Of a DNA stretch of 64,000 nt, positions 47,473-60,160 are shown in pieces; the first letter of the stretch is position 1, and each line of letters begins with the position of its first letter. The notes beneath the pieces are model-generated. The model was not told where the DNA came from and made no database searches. It saw only the letters and a list, made by a program, of their open reading frames with translations. The position numbers were made by a program, and so were the translations under genes. The DNA comes from Cyanophora paradoxa CCMP329 (Eukaryota > Plantae > Glaucophyta): the NCBI GenBank assembly GCA_004431415.1, contig QPMI01000101.1, positions 186,001 to 250,000 on the forward strand, read 5' to 3'.

Positions 47473-48200
47473 GCCCCGCCGGCCCCGCCCCCCCGCCCCT
47501 CTCGCCACGCCCCCGCCCCGCCCCTCCCAGCAGGGCCTCCCCCGGTCCAGCCTCGCCGCCTACGCCCCGGCTGCCTTCCGGAGCCCTCTGGCTCTGGCTC
47601 TGCCGCCCTCCGGTGCTGGTCCCGCCCACCCGGGCCGCCCCGCCCAGAACGCAGACATTGGTTTCGGCGCTTCCACAGCGCCAGACCGTCTTCGGCGCGA
47701 GACGCTCCGTTAGCTTCTAGTGTCCTCCATCAGTCAGTTGCTAGCACGCAGTTGTATCGTTTCGACATCTCGGGTTGTCACAGAATCGTTTCCGCAGCCC
47801 CAGGTTTCAGTGTCTCCAGGTTTTAGTCCGTCTGTCTCGATCCGCTTTCAACTTTCGAGATCCTCGTTTTTGAAGCTCCTATAGTTAGGTCTTGACTCGA
47901 TCTGAGCAAGTCGACTGTACGTCTCCGAAGCTGCGGGAACACTGCGGCAGAGCTAGCGCTGCGGACGGCCGCGGCGTTCGGCGCGGGGCTGGCGGCTCGG
48001 CGTGGGATCCGCAGGGCCGCGGTAGCATCAACGCGCTGCATGCGCAGCTGCCGCCAGTGCACATGTACAGACATGTACGCGGAGATCTCCAGCTGAGAGA
48101 TCTCTCACAGACCGACGAAGAGTTGGAGGAGACATTTGATCGCAATCTGTACCCGTCCGTTGCACCGACAGTGACCGACTGTCGACGTCAGCTGGGCGCG

Positions 48201-51200
48201 ATGGCGGCCACCTCATCGGGCTCTCTCGCTCCTCGGGTGCGACGTTGTGCCGGCTTGTCCGCGCTCAAGCCCATCGAGCCGGTCGCAGGCGCTGCGGGTG
48301 GTTGAGTTCGCGAAGGCCCGCGCGATGGAGATCAGCGTGATGGCGAACGAGCTGCGGCGGCGCAACGGTGCGTTTCCCTCCCTCGCCCTCGCCGCTTAGC
48401 TAAGCGTCGCGCGTGTACGGCCTCAGCAAGCAAGCGGACATTCCAGATGCTCCCGCGGCACCTGCGGAGACGCGCGATGAGCCACTCTGCTCGGCGCATG
48501 CCGACGCGTATCCGGAACAAGGTCCGACCCGAGCTGGCTGCGAGGCGATCGCGGCTCGCGCGAGACGGGCGCGCTTTCGCTGCAGGCGGCTCGGGAGCTG
48601 GAGCAGGACGCGCGCGCCGGGCGCTTCAAGAAGAAGAAGGGCGAGGCGCAGGCGCAGCAGCAGGGCGGCGAGGAGGAGGACGATGGGGCGCCTGGGACGT
48701 CCCGCAAGAAGAAGCTCTCCCGCCGCACGATCCGCAGGCGAGCCGTGCCCCGCCGGTCGGCGGCGTCCGCGCGCCGGCTTAGAGCCATGCCCCGGCAGGC
48801 GGCTGGGGACGACGGCGGCTGCGCACCTCCGGCGGCAGCTGAAGCACACATGGCTGGAGACGCACATCTGGCACGCCAAGCGCCTGCACATGGCGAACCT
48901 CTGGGGCTACCGCCTCGCCTTCCGCCGCGCGGATGTCCAGATGCGCTTCGCGTACCGGTTCGCCCAGCTCCGCGCCGCCCGGTCCCGCCGGCGGCGCGCG
49001 ACGCGAGGCGGGGCGCAGGACGACGGCGCACGAGTGCACGCTGCACGACGCGTCGTACCACACGGCCTTTGAGGTCTCCGGCGCCTCGCGGGAGGCCGTG
49101 GTCGCCTTCCTCGCGCCCCTGCTCGACCCTGCAGGGACGGCCCTCGCCGCCCCGCACATGGCCCGCGGCGCCCGCGAGGGCGACCTCTTCCTCTACGCCC
49201 CCGGCGCCTTCCCCTACGGCGCCCTCGGCCCCGCCCGCTTCCTGTGGCGCCCCCCGGCCCCGGGGGGCGGCCCGGCGCTCCTCTGGCTCTGGGTGCACGC
49301 GGCGGCCCACGCCGACGCGTTCGCCGCGCTGCGTGCGCGGGCGCTGGCGCCGGGCGCAACGGGCGACTTCCGCAGCCTGCGGGGCGAGCTCGTGCGGCTC
49401 GAGCTGCGGGGGCCCCGCGCCCACCGCGTGCTCGCCCGCGTGCTGCGCCCGCCGACCCCGGGGCCCCGGGGCGGCCTTCTGGGGCGGCTGCGGGGCCTGC
49501 GGACGCCGGCGTCGCTGCCGGCGGGGGCGGTGCTGGGGATGGAGGTGCACGACCCGCGGCTCGCCCTCCCCTGCACAAGTTCGGCGAGGAGTGGCAGGCC
49601 GCCCACGCCGGTCCGCCCGCCGCCGGCCGCCCTGCCCCGCGAGGTGAACTTAGCGATGCGCGCAGAGGCGCCGGAGGTGGCGGAGGCGGACCTCGTGGCG
49701 GTCCCCGAGGGCGCGCAGGCGTGCCCGGGCCTCTGGGACGCCGCCGAGCGGGCCGCCGCCAAGGCGCGGCGCGAGCCCGAGGCCGCCATCAACGCCCGCC
49801 GCGGCGAGGCCCGCCCCCGCCCCTCCTCCGCCTGTCCGCCCCGAGAGGCACCCTGAGCCGCTTCTCGCCGCGCGCAGCTGCGCAAGTCGGGGATCGGGGT
49901 CGGGCGGGTGCCTCCGGCCGACGAGCCGGCGCCCGAGGGGGTGCCCCTCGGCACCCGCGTCGGGCCCACCCCGGCCGGCGCGCCCCGGCCCTCTCCTCCC
50001 GCTCGCCCCCTCTCACTGGGGTGTGGGGCAGGGGAGGGGGCGTCGCGGCCGTGGGTGATGGTGGTGCAGCGGCCGGGGGAGGGCCAGCGGGGCTTCTCTG
50101 CGGGGTGGGACGTGGTCGCCCCCGCCGGGTGGGGCGCCCCCTTCTGGCGCGCCCTCGTCTACGCCGGCGCCCGCCCCCTCGGCCTCAAGGAGCGGTCCGC
50201 CCCCGCGCCCCGCAGCCCGCCTCGCGCCCGCCCACCCCGCGGGGCGCCCCGCAGGCGGTGGGTGGCGACGGAGGCGCGGCGGCCCGAGTTCCCGTTCGAC
50301 GAGCCGGACACGCCGGGGGCGGCCCGCCAGGCGGCCGAGGACGCCGAGGCGGCCCTCGGGCGGCACGTCCGGCGCCCGCCCGCCAAGCGCGTCGCCTACG
50401 CCAAGCTCGGCGTCGCCGCCCCCTTCGGGCCCGACTGGCACGGCCTCCTCGCCCTCCCGCGCCCTCCCCCGGCCCGGAGGAGGCCGGCTCCAGCGGCGTG
50501 GCGGCCGCGGCGGCGGGCTCGAGCGCGGCCGGAGCGTCGGCGTCGCAAGCCGGCCCGAGCGAGGCTGCTCCATCGGAAGCACCGGCAGGGGGTGCCGGCA
50601 GCGCGCAGGCGCAGCCGGCGCCGGGCTCGGCCGGAGCGGAGGCGCCGGCGGCGGGGCCGAGCGGGGCGGGCCCGGGGCGCGCCCGTCAGCTGCGGGGGCA
50701 GCGGAGGGGCGACGGACGGCGCGGTCGCGAAGAAGCGGAAGCGGGGGACGGCAAAGCAGGCGGCGGCGAAGGCGCGGAGGAGGGCCCGGGCGGAGGCCGC
50801 GGTGCAGGCCCTCGTGCTCCCCCGCCCCCGCCCCCGCCGGCCGGCCCGGGGCTGCCCACGCGCCTGCCCTTCTTCGTGCTGCGCGGCATCCAGCGGCTGC
50901 GGGCCTTCCTCCCCCCGACGACCCCCTCGCCCTCGGCATCGGCTACGCCCCCGCCGGCTCCTTCCGCACCGGCCCGCCCGCAAGCGCCCCGCCGGCGCGC
51001 GCCGGGGCTTGCCGAGCCCGCCCTGCCGCCCCCCGAGCCGGCGGCGGCGGCGGCGACGGCGCCGCCCGCCCCGTCCCTTCCCGACGTGAAGGCGGAGGAC
51101 CTCCCGCGGGCCCTGATCCTCGTCCGCCCCTCCCCGCGCTCTGCCCGCGAGCCCCCGACCGCCGGCGCAGGTGGCCGTCGAGGCGCTGGGCAAGGGCCGC

Positions 51201-51509
51201 GTCGAGCCCTCCTCCGTCCTCCTCGCCCCGACGGAGGAGGACCGCCGCGCCTGGGCCGCCGCCCCCTCCGAGTTCGCCCCGGAGGAGTGGGCGCCGGGGC
51301 CCGGCCGGGCGCACATCGGGGCCGTCTCCAGCGGCGACGTGGCCTTCGGGGCGGGTCGCGGGGCCGGCCTCGCGTACGTGGCCGCCCCGGCCCTCCTCCG
51401 GCTCCGCGCCGGCGAGCGGCCTGGAGGCCCCGTCCCCGACGGGTTCGCCCTCCTGCGCCCCCTCCGCTCCCGCACCCTCCGCCCCGTCCGCCTCTCCGTC
51501 CTCCTGTAG
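48201..51509 (+). CDS. POP1: RNase P/MRP protein subunit POP1
   Basis: FQMLPRHLRRRAMSH, WLETHIWHAKRLHM, LHDASY, POPLD motifs GWDVVAPAGWGAPFW, FPFDEPDT, RRPPAKRVAYAKLG. Confidence 0.92.
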
Positions 51510-51660
51510 CAGCTAGTGGCTAGTAGCTATGGGGCGCCCTGTCTTCAATTTCGACTTCGAATTCGATTTCAGGACATTCAAGAGGTGGGGGGGGGGGAGC
51601 TCAGGAGGCTGGGGGGTACAGCGCGAATTGGACTGCTGCCTGCAGCTAGGATATCAGACG

Positions 51661-53712
51661 ATGGCCGCAAACGGGGAATCCGGCGCCGCCGCGTCGTTCA
51701 CGTCTCTGCCACCGCTGGGAGTCGGGCGGCGGAGCCTTCTCCATGGCCATGGCCAGTGCTTGGCTGGGGCCGATTCGCGGCTTGCCTCCTGTCCTCGGTG
51801 GCTTGTGAGTCGCGTACGTGGTGGCGTAGCCTCGTTCAGCGGGGCGCAGCTACGCGTCCGCCGCGCCTTCGCGCCGGCTTCGCCCAGCTTCGACGCGGCC
51901 TCGACGACGCGAGCTGCCGCCGGCTCCGACGGGCGGGACTTGCCGACGTCCGGAGGGCGCTTAATCGGCGCACGCTACGGATCCGGCGCCGTCTTCTCCA
52001 TTGAGGGTAACGAATGCTCGCGCGACGCGCGGCGCGCGCAGGGTGACCGCCCGCATCGTAGCTGACATCGCGTCGCGTAGATATGCGTCGTGAGATCGAA
52101 CAGAAGACGATGAAGTACCCAATGAGAAGCATTGAGAACGGTGCGTGCAGCGGCTAGGAAGTGGCGCTCTGATCTGCTGGGTCGTTGACGACGCCGATGC
52201 CGATGGCGCCTCGCAGACATCGAGTTCAAGAGCGCGTGGGACGAGAACGAGCTGCAGCTGTGCCTCGTGGGCTTCACGGGGACAGGAAAGTCCCTCCGCG
52301 CCTCCCAGCTCAAGGAGCAGCACGGCTTCGAGGCGCGCCGCGGCCGCGCGCCGCGCGCCGGCGGACGCCCCGCGGGGCCGGCGAGGTCGAGCCGGGGCGG
52401 GGGCGGCAGATGGCGGGGGTCGCGGAGCTGCTGGCCGAGGACCTGGAGTTCGGGGGCAAGGTCGAGGTGCCCCCCGGGGTGGACCCCCTCGACGCCGTCG
52501 AGGACTGGCTCGGGTACCCCACCGACAAGGGCTTCAAGGAGCGCGAGAAAACCTACCTCGCCGAGATCGATAAGCAGGTGCCGTACCCCCCTCTCCCCTC
52601 GTCTTCTGTGCCGAAATCTCCTCAGGTCCGCCTCAACGCGGTCCCTGAACTTGGCGGCAACTTCGTTCTCGACACGGGTACTCCCCATGGCTCGCCCCGC
52701 CCCACCAGCGCAGCTCACTTCCGGACCATTCGTAGTCGCCTCCGTTGCCTTCCTCCCACAGGTCCGGCAGCCGCTGCCCCCACCTCCACTCTACCGATGC
52801 TGTACCCCCCTCCCCCGCGACCCTTCATTCCGCAGGAGACGCTGGAGGTGCTCCGCGAGCGCTACTTCATCATCCACGTCCGCCCCCCCGGCGCACCCCC
52901 CTCGCGGGCCGCGGATCTAACAGTGTACCCCCTCGCCCCCCCGCGCCGCAGTTCGAGCCGTCGGACCAGGAGCTCAAGGACATGGTGGAGTGGTGCGGCC
53001 TGACCCTCGGCTCGCGTGCCGTACCCCTCCCCCCTCCACGCACCGTGCCCAGGTATACGGCGCCCGGGGGGAAGTACCCGGTGGTGTGGGGCGACTTCTG
53101 GCTGCAGCGCCAGTCGAGCGAGGAGGAGGCGCTGCGCCGCTGCTACCCCGAGATGCTCCGCTGGCGCCGCCAGAAGTGCGGTCTCGCACTCGCTCCCGGG
53201 GCGCGGCCGGCGCCTCCCGACGACGCGCCTGGCCCCGCAGGTACAAGGAGCTGGCGCACGTGAACGTGCCGGCGAGCCTCGCCGCCGACACCGACGTGCC
53301 CCTCCAGGAGGTCCCCGCCCCGCCCCGCCCCCCCGCCCCCCCGGGGGCCCCATGCGGCGGGGCACCCACCTCCCCCCCCGCCCCATTGTCCTCTCACGCC
53401 CGCCTTAGGTCATCGACGCGGTCACGAACCAGCTGAACGCCATGGAGGCGCGTGCCCCGCCCCCTCGCCCCCGCCCCGCCCGCCCCCTCCTCTCCCCTCT
53501 CACCGCAGCGCGCTTTCCCTCCCTCAGTTCCTGGAGAGCTCCGGCCTCTTCTAGAGGCCCCCAGCGGCCGCCGCTACGGAGTGCTTCCGAATCGAAGCTC
53601 TCCCGGGCACCTAGGCCTGCACATAGACTTTGCCCGGGGCCTTTCTATAGGGGACCGCACCAGGCCCTCCTCCTTTGCTTTCCGCAATATATATCATCCG
53701 CGTTTTCTTTAG
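51661..53712 (+). CDS. shikimate/NMP-kinase-like P-loop protein with transit-peptide-like leader (3' end uncertain)
   Basis: LCLVGFTGTGKS Walker A at the domain start, DWLGYP, FKEREKTYL, NFVLDTG, RRQK|YKELAH, which is the shikimate-kinase-type layout. Confidence 0.7.
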
Positions 53713-53920
53713 ATAGGCGTTTCAAATTTACTCTCGTCGGAATTTCTCGCGATGAGGTGCATCTGGACAGGTGAGGTGCTGGCGCCTATCGGCCCGGCAC
53801 CCCATTGCGCAGGCGGGGCGAGTACCCAAGGGGACCCCGGTTTGTGCAGGAGGCGGCGCGGGATCGGAGCGGCATCGATAGCTAGAGGCGGGCGGGGGCG
53901 GGGGCCGCAGGGGCGGGGCG

Positions 53921-55476
53921 TCAATGGGCGGGGCCGAAGGCGAGGACGCGGGTCTCGGTCTTGAAGTCCTTGGTGCGGATCTCGACGAGGGAGCCCGAGG
54001 GCGGGCGCTGCTTCTTGTTCGTGACCCACGTGTGCAGCAGCCGGCTCACGTCCCCCAGCTGCGTCCAGTCGTCGTGGATCGTCGTGTCCCCCCCGCGGTT
54101 CCCCGGCGTGTCCAGCACCACCCTGCCGGCCCACGGACGTGAGAGGAAGACGCGACGGGCGGGGCGGGGCGGGGCGGGGCGGGGCGGGGCGGGGCGCACG
54201 GGACGATGGCGAGGACGGTGGCGCCCTCGGGGAGGCCGCTCTTCTCGCCGGCGAGAGAGGCCGCCAGCTGGTGCACCGCCGCCTTCGCCAGCCCGTAGCC
54301 CAGCATCCCCGGCGTCCCCTGCAGCGCCGCCGCCGACCCCGTGAGCACCAGCAGCCCGTCCTGCGCCCTCGTCAGCAGCCCCGGGGCGGGGGCGCAGGGG
54401 AGGGGGCGCGGAGGGCGGGGCGCCTTGTCGAGGAGGCGGGTGGCGAGCTTGGCGGCGACGAGGGAGGAGTGCACGGACTGCCGGATCATCAGGTCCGCCG
54501 TCTCGAAGAGCTTCTTCGACGACGCGTTGCCCCTGCTCGAACGGGCCGTGGTTGTGAGGGGCCGGCGCGGGGCGGGAGGGGAGGAAGGGGTGGGGACCCG
54601 GCCCAGCCGCCGGCGACGCAGATGACGGCCTTGCACTTGCGCTCGCCGAAGAGCTTCTCGGCGTCGGCGACGGCCCTCTCCGCCTGCTCGGGGAAGCCGC
54701 CCTCGGCGCCCAGCACGATGTTCTCCGGCGCCACCTCGCTCGCCCGCAGGTCCGCGCTGATCCTGCGCCCCGCGGCTGAGAAGGGGCGGGGTTGGATGGG
54801 GCGGAGAGGGGGCGGACACGGGGAAGCCGCTGGACTTGAACTTCTCGCAGACGTCGGCGCCGAGGGCGCCGCAGCCGCCCACGACGAGGATGTTCGAAGC
54901 CTCCCGCACGCCCGCCTCCAGGTCCGTCGACAGCGAGTGCAGGTTCCCTGCCGCGCGCCGCCCGTCAGCCGCGCCCCGCCGCCCAACGGCACGCGGCGGC
55001 GGCTAGGGTCTAGGCTGACGGGCGCGGGGGTCCGTCAGGCTCCGTCGCACGCGCGAGGCGGATCACGAACCGAGAAGAGTCATCTTGCTCCACAGGCCTG
55101 CGTTCTGCTGTAGCAGCTCATCGCTCGGCTTCGACGCCTCCGCCTGCGCGCACGCCGAGGCTTGGCTCAGCGCGGCTGCCTGAAAGAACTAAAGATGCGT
55201 CTGAACGCATCCGATCCGTACGCGCACCGAGGCGAATACGCCGAAGGCCAACTGAGAGGAATATTATGAGGACAGGGCGACGCGGATGAGGGACAGGCGA
55301 ACCGCGCGGCGCCTGCAGCTGCGTATCGCCGGCAGGCTACCGAAGAACCGCTTTTCCGCCGCCGCCGGCGCCGCTCGAACAAGCCGGGCGGCGCGCGGCG
55401 CGACGATCGACGTCGAGACTCTCCGAGCAGGTGTGGCCAGTAAAGGCGACGCGAAAGCCGCACCTTGCGCGCTCAT
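53921..55476 (-). CDS. QDPR: dihydropteridine reductase with transit-peptide-like N-terminal extension
   Basis: ILVVGGCGALG, VICVAGGWAGG, LMIRQSVHSS, GTPGMLGYGLAKAAVHQL, SGLP, LDTPGNR, RPPSGSLV are all QDPR hallmarks. Confidence 0.92.
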
Positions 55477-55566
55477 CGTCCTTCAGATCACGAATCAGAT
55501 GTTTCGGTCGGAGTACAGCACCACTACTACGTTCGCAGTTTCGCCGACAGTCGGCGTACAGCAAAA
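55477..55566. promoter_or_regulatory. inferred bidirectional promoter QDPR/RPN8
   Basis: 90 bp between divergent ATGs. Confidence 0.55.
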
Positions 55567-57441
55567 ATGTCGGACGCGCCCGCGCCCTCCACCTCCGCCG
55601 TGAAGCCCCCGCACATCGATGCTGTGGTCGTGCATCCTCTCGTGCTGCTGAGCGCGGTGGACCATTACAACAGGTCCACACGCCTGTCATGCGCATGAGC
55701 CCGACCGTCGGTCTCACCCGGGCCGCAGAGTGGCCAAGGACACGAAAAAGCGTGTCGTCGGCATACTCTTGGGCGAAATCTCGAAGGGCCGGGTCGACAT
55801 TACGAACTGCTACGCGGGTGAGCGCCTCCGACGAACCCCTGCGCCCAGACCGCCCGGCAGCGCCGCAAGCGGGTCATTTGGGTCATGATGGATCCATTGG
55901 CGCGGCCCCACGTGCGGCTCGCGCGCCCCCGCTGACCATTCTGTGACCGCGGCAGTGCCATTCGAGGAGGATGAGAAGGACATCAACATCTGGTTCCTGG
56001 ATCACGACTACCACGAGAACATGTACGCCATGTTCAAGAAAGTGAACGGTGCGCGGACGTGCGCGGCGCGGCGGCACGCTAGCTAAGCCAACTGGCCCCC
56101 CGCTGGCGTCTCCGTCTGACCTGTCGTCCCCGCCGCGCACAGCGAGGGAAAACGTCGTGGGGTGGTACAGCACGGGCCCGAAGCTTCGGACAGCGGACAT
56201 TGAGATCAACGAGGTGCGCCGGGCCCGGCCGCCCGCGGGGCGCTCGGGACCGAGCTCGCGACGAGCGGGGCGGCGGCAGGTCGTGCGGAGGTATACACCG
56301 CACCCGGTGCTGGTGATCATAGACGTGCAGCCGCGGGAGCTGGGCCTGCCCACAGAGGCCTACCTCTCCGTCGAGCAGGTCAAGGAGGTGAGGCTGGCGC
56401 CGCGCGCCGCGCGCCGCCGCCGCGCTGGCTGACGGGGGCGGCGCCAGGACGGCACTCCGGTGGAGCGGACGTGGGCGCACGTCCCGTCGGAGATCGGCGC
56501 GCTGGAGGCCGAGGAGATCGGCGTCGAACACCTGCTCCGCGACGTGAAGGTGCCGCCCCGCGCCGCCCCGCCGCCGCCGCGCGCCGCGTCCCTCAGCTCC
56601 GCCCCGCAGGACATCAACGTCTCCACGCTCGCCATGCAAGGTGCCGGCCGCGCTGCGCCCGAGCGCCTGCCCCCTCCGCGCCCTCTCACGCCCCCGGCCC
56701 CTCAGTGCACGCGAAGCTCTCGGCGCTCAAGGGCCTCCAGACGCGGATCAAGGAGATCCACACTTACCTCGATCTCGTCACGAAGGTAGCCTTCTTGTGG
56801 ATGATTCGGTACCCCCCGCGGGCCCTCGAGCACCGAGTCCCCCTCCCGCAGGGCACGGTGCCGCCGAACCACGAGCTCATCGGCAAGCTCCAGGACGTCT
56901 TCAACCTGCTGCCCAACCTCCAGCAGGAGACCCTGCAGGTCCGAATCCTGTACCCAGCGGCAGCGTACCCCCTCGACGCGCCCCCCCGCAGCGCTCCTTC
57001 GCCGTCGCCACGAACGACATGATGCTCGTGCGCCCGCGCAGGCGCTCCCGCACCCCTCCGCGCGCTCTGACGCGTACCCCCCGCAGGTCATCTACCTCGC
57101 CTCGCTCATCCGCAGCGTGACGGCCCTCCACGACCTCATCAACAACAAGGCGCGTCGCCCCCGCCGTTCGCCCGTACCCCCCCTCACCGGGGAGCAGATC
57201 GCGAACAAGGAGGCGGAGAAGGCGGAGGAGGCGGGCAAGGACGGGGACAAGGACAAGGACAAGAAGAAGGACGGGAAGGCGAGCCAGCGCACCCCGCGGC
57301 GCCCCGCCCCGCCCCGCCGGCGGCGGCGGGCCCTGATCAGACTCCGCGCAGGAGAAGAAGGGGAAGGAGGAGAAGGAGGAGAAGAAGGAGAAGGAGGGCA
57401 AGAAGGACAAGGACGTCGAGATGTCCGACCGTGGCGCGTAG
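55567..57441 (+). CDS. RPN8: 26S proteasome lid subunit RPN8 (PSMD7)
   Basis: [72 protein letters not shown]-rich tail. Confidence 0.97.
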
Positions 57442-57561
57442 CCGCGCCGCCCCCGGGCCTCTCCCGGCGCGCCCCCCCCAAGCCCTCGCGCCCCGCCTGT
57501 ACAGAATGGCAGGGCTCGCGCGTTTGGGACGACATACGGGCAGCACGGGGGGCAGCGGGGT

Positions 57562-58348
57562 CTAGTCGTAGATGGGGCTCATGGCGTAGATCTCACAACG
57601 CGCGACGGGGCAGAGGGGCGGGCGGGCCTGCAGGAGCCGCCGCCCGCACGCTTCGCACACTGCGAAGCGCTTCGAAAATCGAAGGCGTCGAATAGTGCAA
57701 GTGCGCACCGACGTGGCCGCAGGCGTCTGGGCTCCCCAGGAGCACCCTCCGCCGGTCCCGCGGAAGGCTCTCCAGGCACACTACGTATACGGGGCGTGGG
57801 CGGGTCGGGCCGGGGCCGGAAGGTGCGAGATCGCGCGAACGCGCACCGGGGCACTCGAATGACACAGCAGCAGCGGAGGCGGAGTCGGTGGGGGGCGTAG
57901 CCGGCGCAGGGGAGGAGAAGACGGAGGGGATCGGCGAGGCGGGCGGAGATGCAAAGGCGCCCGAATCGCGGCGGCGGGCTTCGCGCGCGACGCAGGCCAC
58001 GAGTTTGGATGCGGCGTGTAGGCGCGCGAGCAGGGCGTCGACCTCGGCGGCCGGCAGCGCCCGCAGCGCCTCCTCGTCGAGCTGGATCGGATCCGACGAG
58101 GCCTCCACGAGCTCCGCCCGCAGCCGCTCTACTTCGTCGCTCAGCCAATGTTCGCGCTCGCTCGGCGCGGCCGGCTCGAGCGGCGGGGGCGGGTTGAGGC
58201 AGGGCAGAAACCCCGCGAGACGGTAGAGCTCGAGAATAAGCTCGTGCGCGCGCTGTTGCGAGCGGCTGCACGGCGGCAGCGCTGCAGCGTCGCGCTCAAG
58301 CGCGACGACGGACGCTGGAAGCCATCTCGAGAGCGGATTCGCGGGCAT
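57562..58348 (-). CDS. RING-HC E3 ligase, paralog B (start uncertain)
   Basis: LDEEALRALPAAEVDALLARL...FECP|VCLESL...ACGHV|VCEACGRRLLQARPPLCPVARCEIYAMSPIYD*. Confidence 0.8.
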
Positions 58349-58791
58349 CCGGCGTGGGCACTGTTGGGGAGAGCGCCGACTTCGAGCGCGCCCGTAGCGC
58401 TAAGCGGCCTCGCCAGGGCGGCGGGGCTGAAGAGCTGTGCGTCCGGGAATGCGCGGCTCAGCAGGGCTGGCCTGGGCTGGCAGGAGCTGCACACTCGGGG
58501 GTACTAGTAGCTTGGGCTGCCTAGGGTACAGCTGCACACACCCTACTCGCGAGTTGACCTGTTGTTTCAAAGCTATATATGCTCCCATGTGGACGGTGGC
58601 CGAAGCCAGTTCCCGCAGACGCACCCGCTTGGGCTCGGCGCGCGCTCAACTCCGGGCGCGCTCTCGATCGCCTCACGAGGGTGCGCTTCTCCGAAGTTTG
58701 GCTTAGAGCGGCAATGTGTGGACTTGCACGGATTCAAGTGAGTGCGCCGCCCGCCCTCACCGACCGCTGCTTAAGTTAGTCATACCGTTGC

Positions 58792-59820
58792 GTGCGCAGG
58801 CTATTCCAGGGTCAAGGGGGGGCGCTCAGGGTTGATGACATCGCGCTCGAGCTCGCCGCCATGTGCCGCCTCGGTGACTTCCTCTGCAGCGCCCGTTGCA
58901 CCTGCCCCGCCGCCCGCGCGGCCGGTGCCTGGCGCTGTCGTCGTGAGGACAGTTGCCCCGGATCCTGTAGCCGCGGACAGCGCCAGCAAAGACCAACACT
59001 GAGTGCGGCCCAAGGGAGAATCGCCGCGCTAGAGGCCGAGCTCGTGTGGATCCGCCGGCAGCTCCACGCCGCCTGCAGGCGCAGGCGGGCCCGGAAGAGG
59101 GGACACGGCGGTAGCGAGACGTGAAGAGGCGGCGCCCCGAAGACAGGGATGCACCCATGGTTCCCACTACACAGTGGAGAACGCCTCCCGGTCCGCTCCG
59201 CACGCGCCGCCCGCCCGGACCCGCCCCGACGGCAACCGTGATGAGCCCAAGCAACATAATCGCTCCACGCTTAGGCTGGCCAGCGCAATCCGCTCGCGCG
59301 GTGGCGCGGGCCGGGCCGCTGCTGATGAGATGCTAGACCAGTGGCTGAGCTCGCCGTCCCTTAGAGTGGCACGACTATCGTGCCCCCGTCGGTGCCGCGG
59401 ACGGCTGATGCGTCCCCCGCAGACCTGGAGCTCGGCGAAGAGGCGAGGGCGCCGCGGGGGCGGGAGAGCACGGAGCAGGGGGCGGAGGAGGGCCGGCGGG
59501 CGGCGGGGCCGGAGACCGTCTACGGAGAGCCCTCCTTGGTCCCCGACGAGGCCGCCCCACCCGACGTCCCCGGTAGGCCCCGCCTTCCCTCCTGCCTTGA
59601 GCGTCCTCTTAGAGTGCCGCCGCAGAGCAGGACTACGACGACAGCGCGACGTTGCGCATCCCCCTCAAGGCCGCGTGGGGCGGCACCTCGCCGCCTCTCA
59701 CCCCTTCGCTGCCCGCGTCGGCCCTCGGCCCCTCCCACGCCTCCTCCGGCATCTGAACGCCCGGTCGGCGCGGGCTACCCAATTGATCGAGCTCCGGCTA
59801 CAGAGACTCGTGATTTGTAA
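58792..59820 (+). other. possible hypothetical gene or decayed gene remnant between the RING paralogs
   Basis: Protein-like fragments (DDIALELAAMCRLGDFL, GRIAALEAELVWIRRQL, ADEMLDQWLSSP) and splice-like sites, but no consistent model. Confidence 0.2.
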
Positions 59821-60160
59821 ATGTTTCATGCTTCATATCGTGCACATGGTCCTGCAGCTGGCATTCAATCGTTCACAATAACGAGGTGCTAGCGGCACTG
59901 CGGCGACGCCGGCAAACCAACTATCTATTATTTGCGGGTTCATCGCGCGGAGATGGGATATTTTAGGGCCATCGATCAAACGTGGAAGGCATGCCTCGGA
60001 GCCCGGAGCCTCTCAGCAGCCATCACGGTTATGGCACGGTATACGTATACGTAGCTGGAAGCCACCGAGAGTCAAAGGCCCAAAATCGGGCCGCGCGGAT
60101 AATGCGAAGATCGCATTCCGAGCGAATGAAGCAGAAAGCCGCCGAAGCAGGGACTCGCGA

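Noticed and set aside
58792-59124. Fourth RING-family copy
   Set aside because: Only faint similarity to the paralog B N-terminus (LExxxxxRLxxFL), and no RING or PAAE motif follows.
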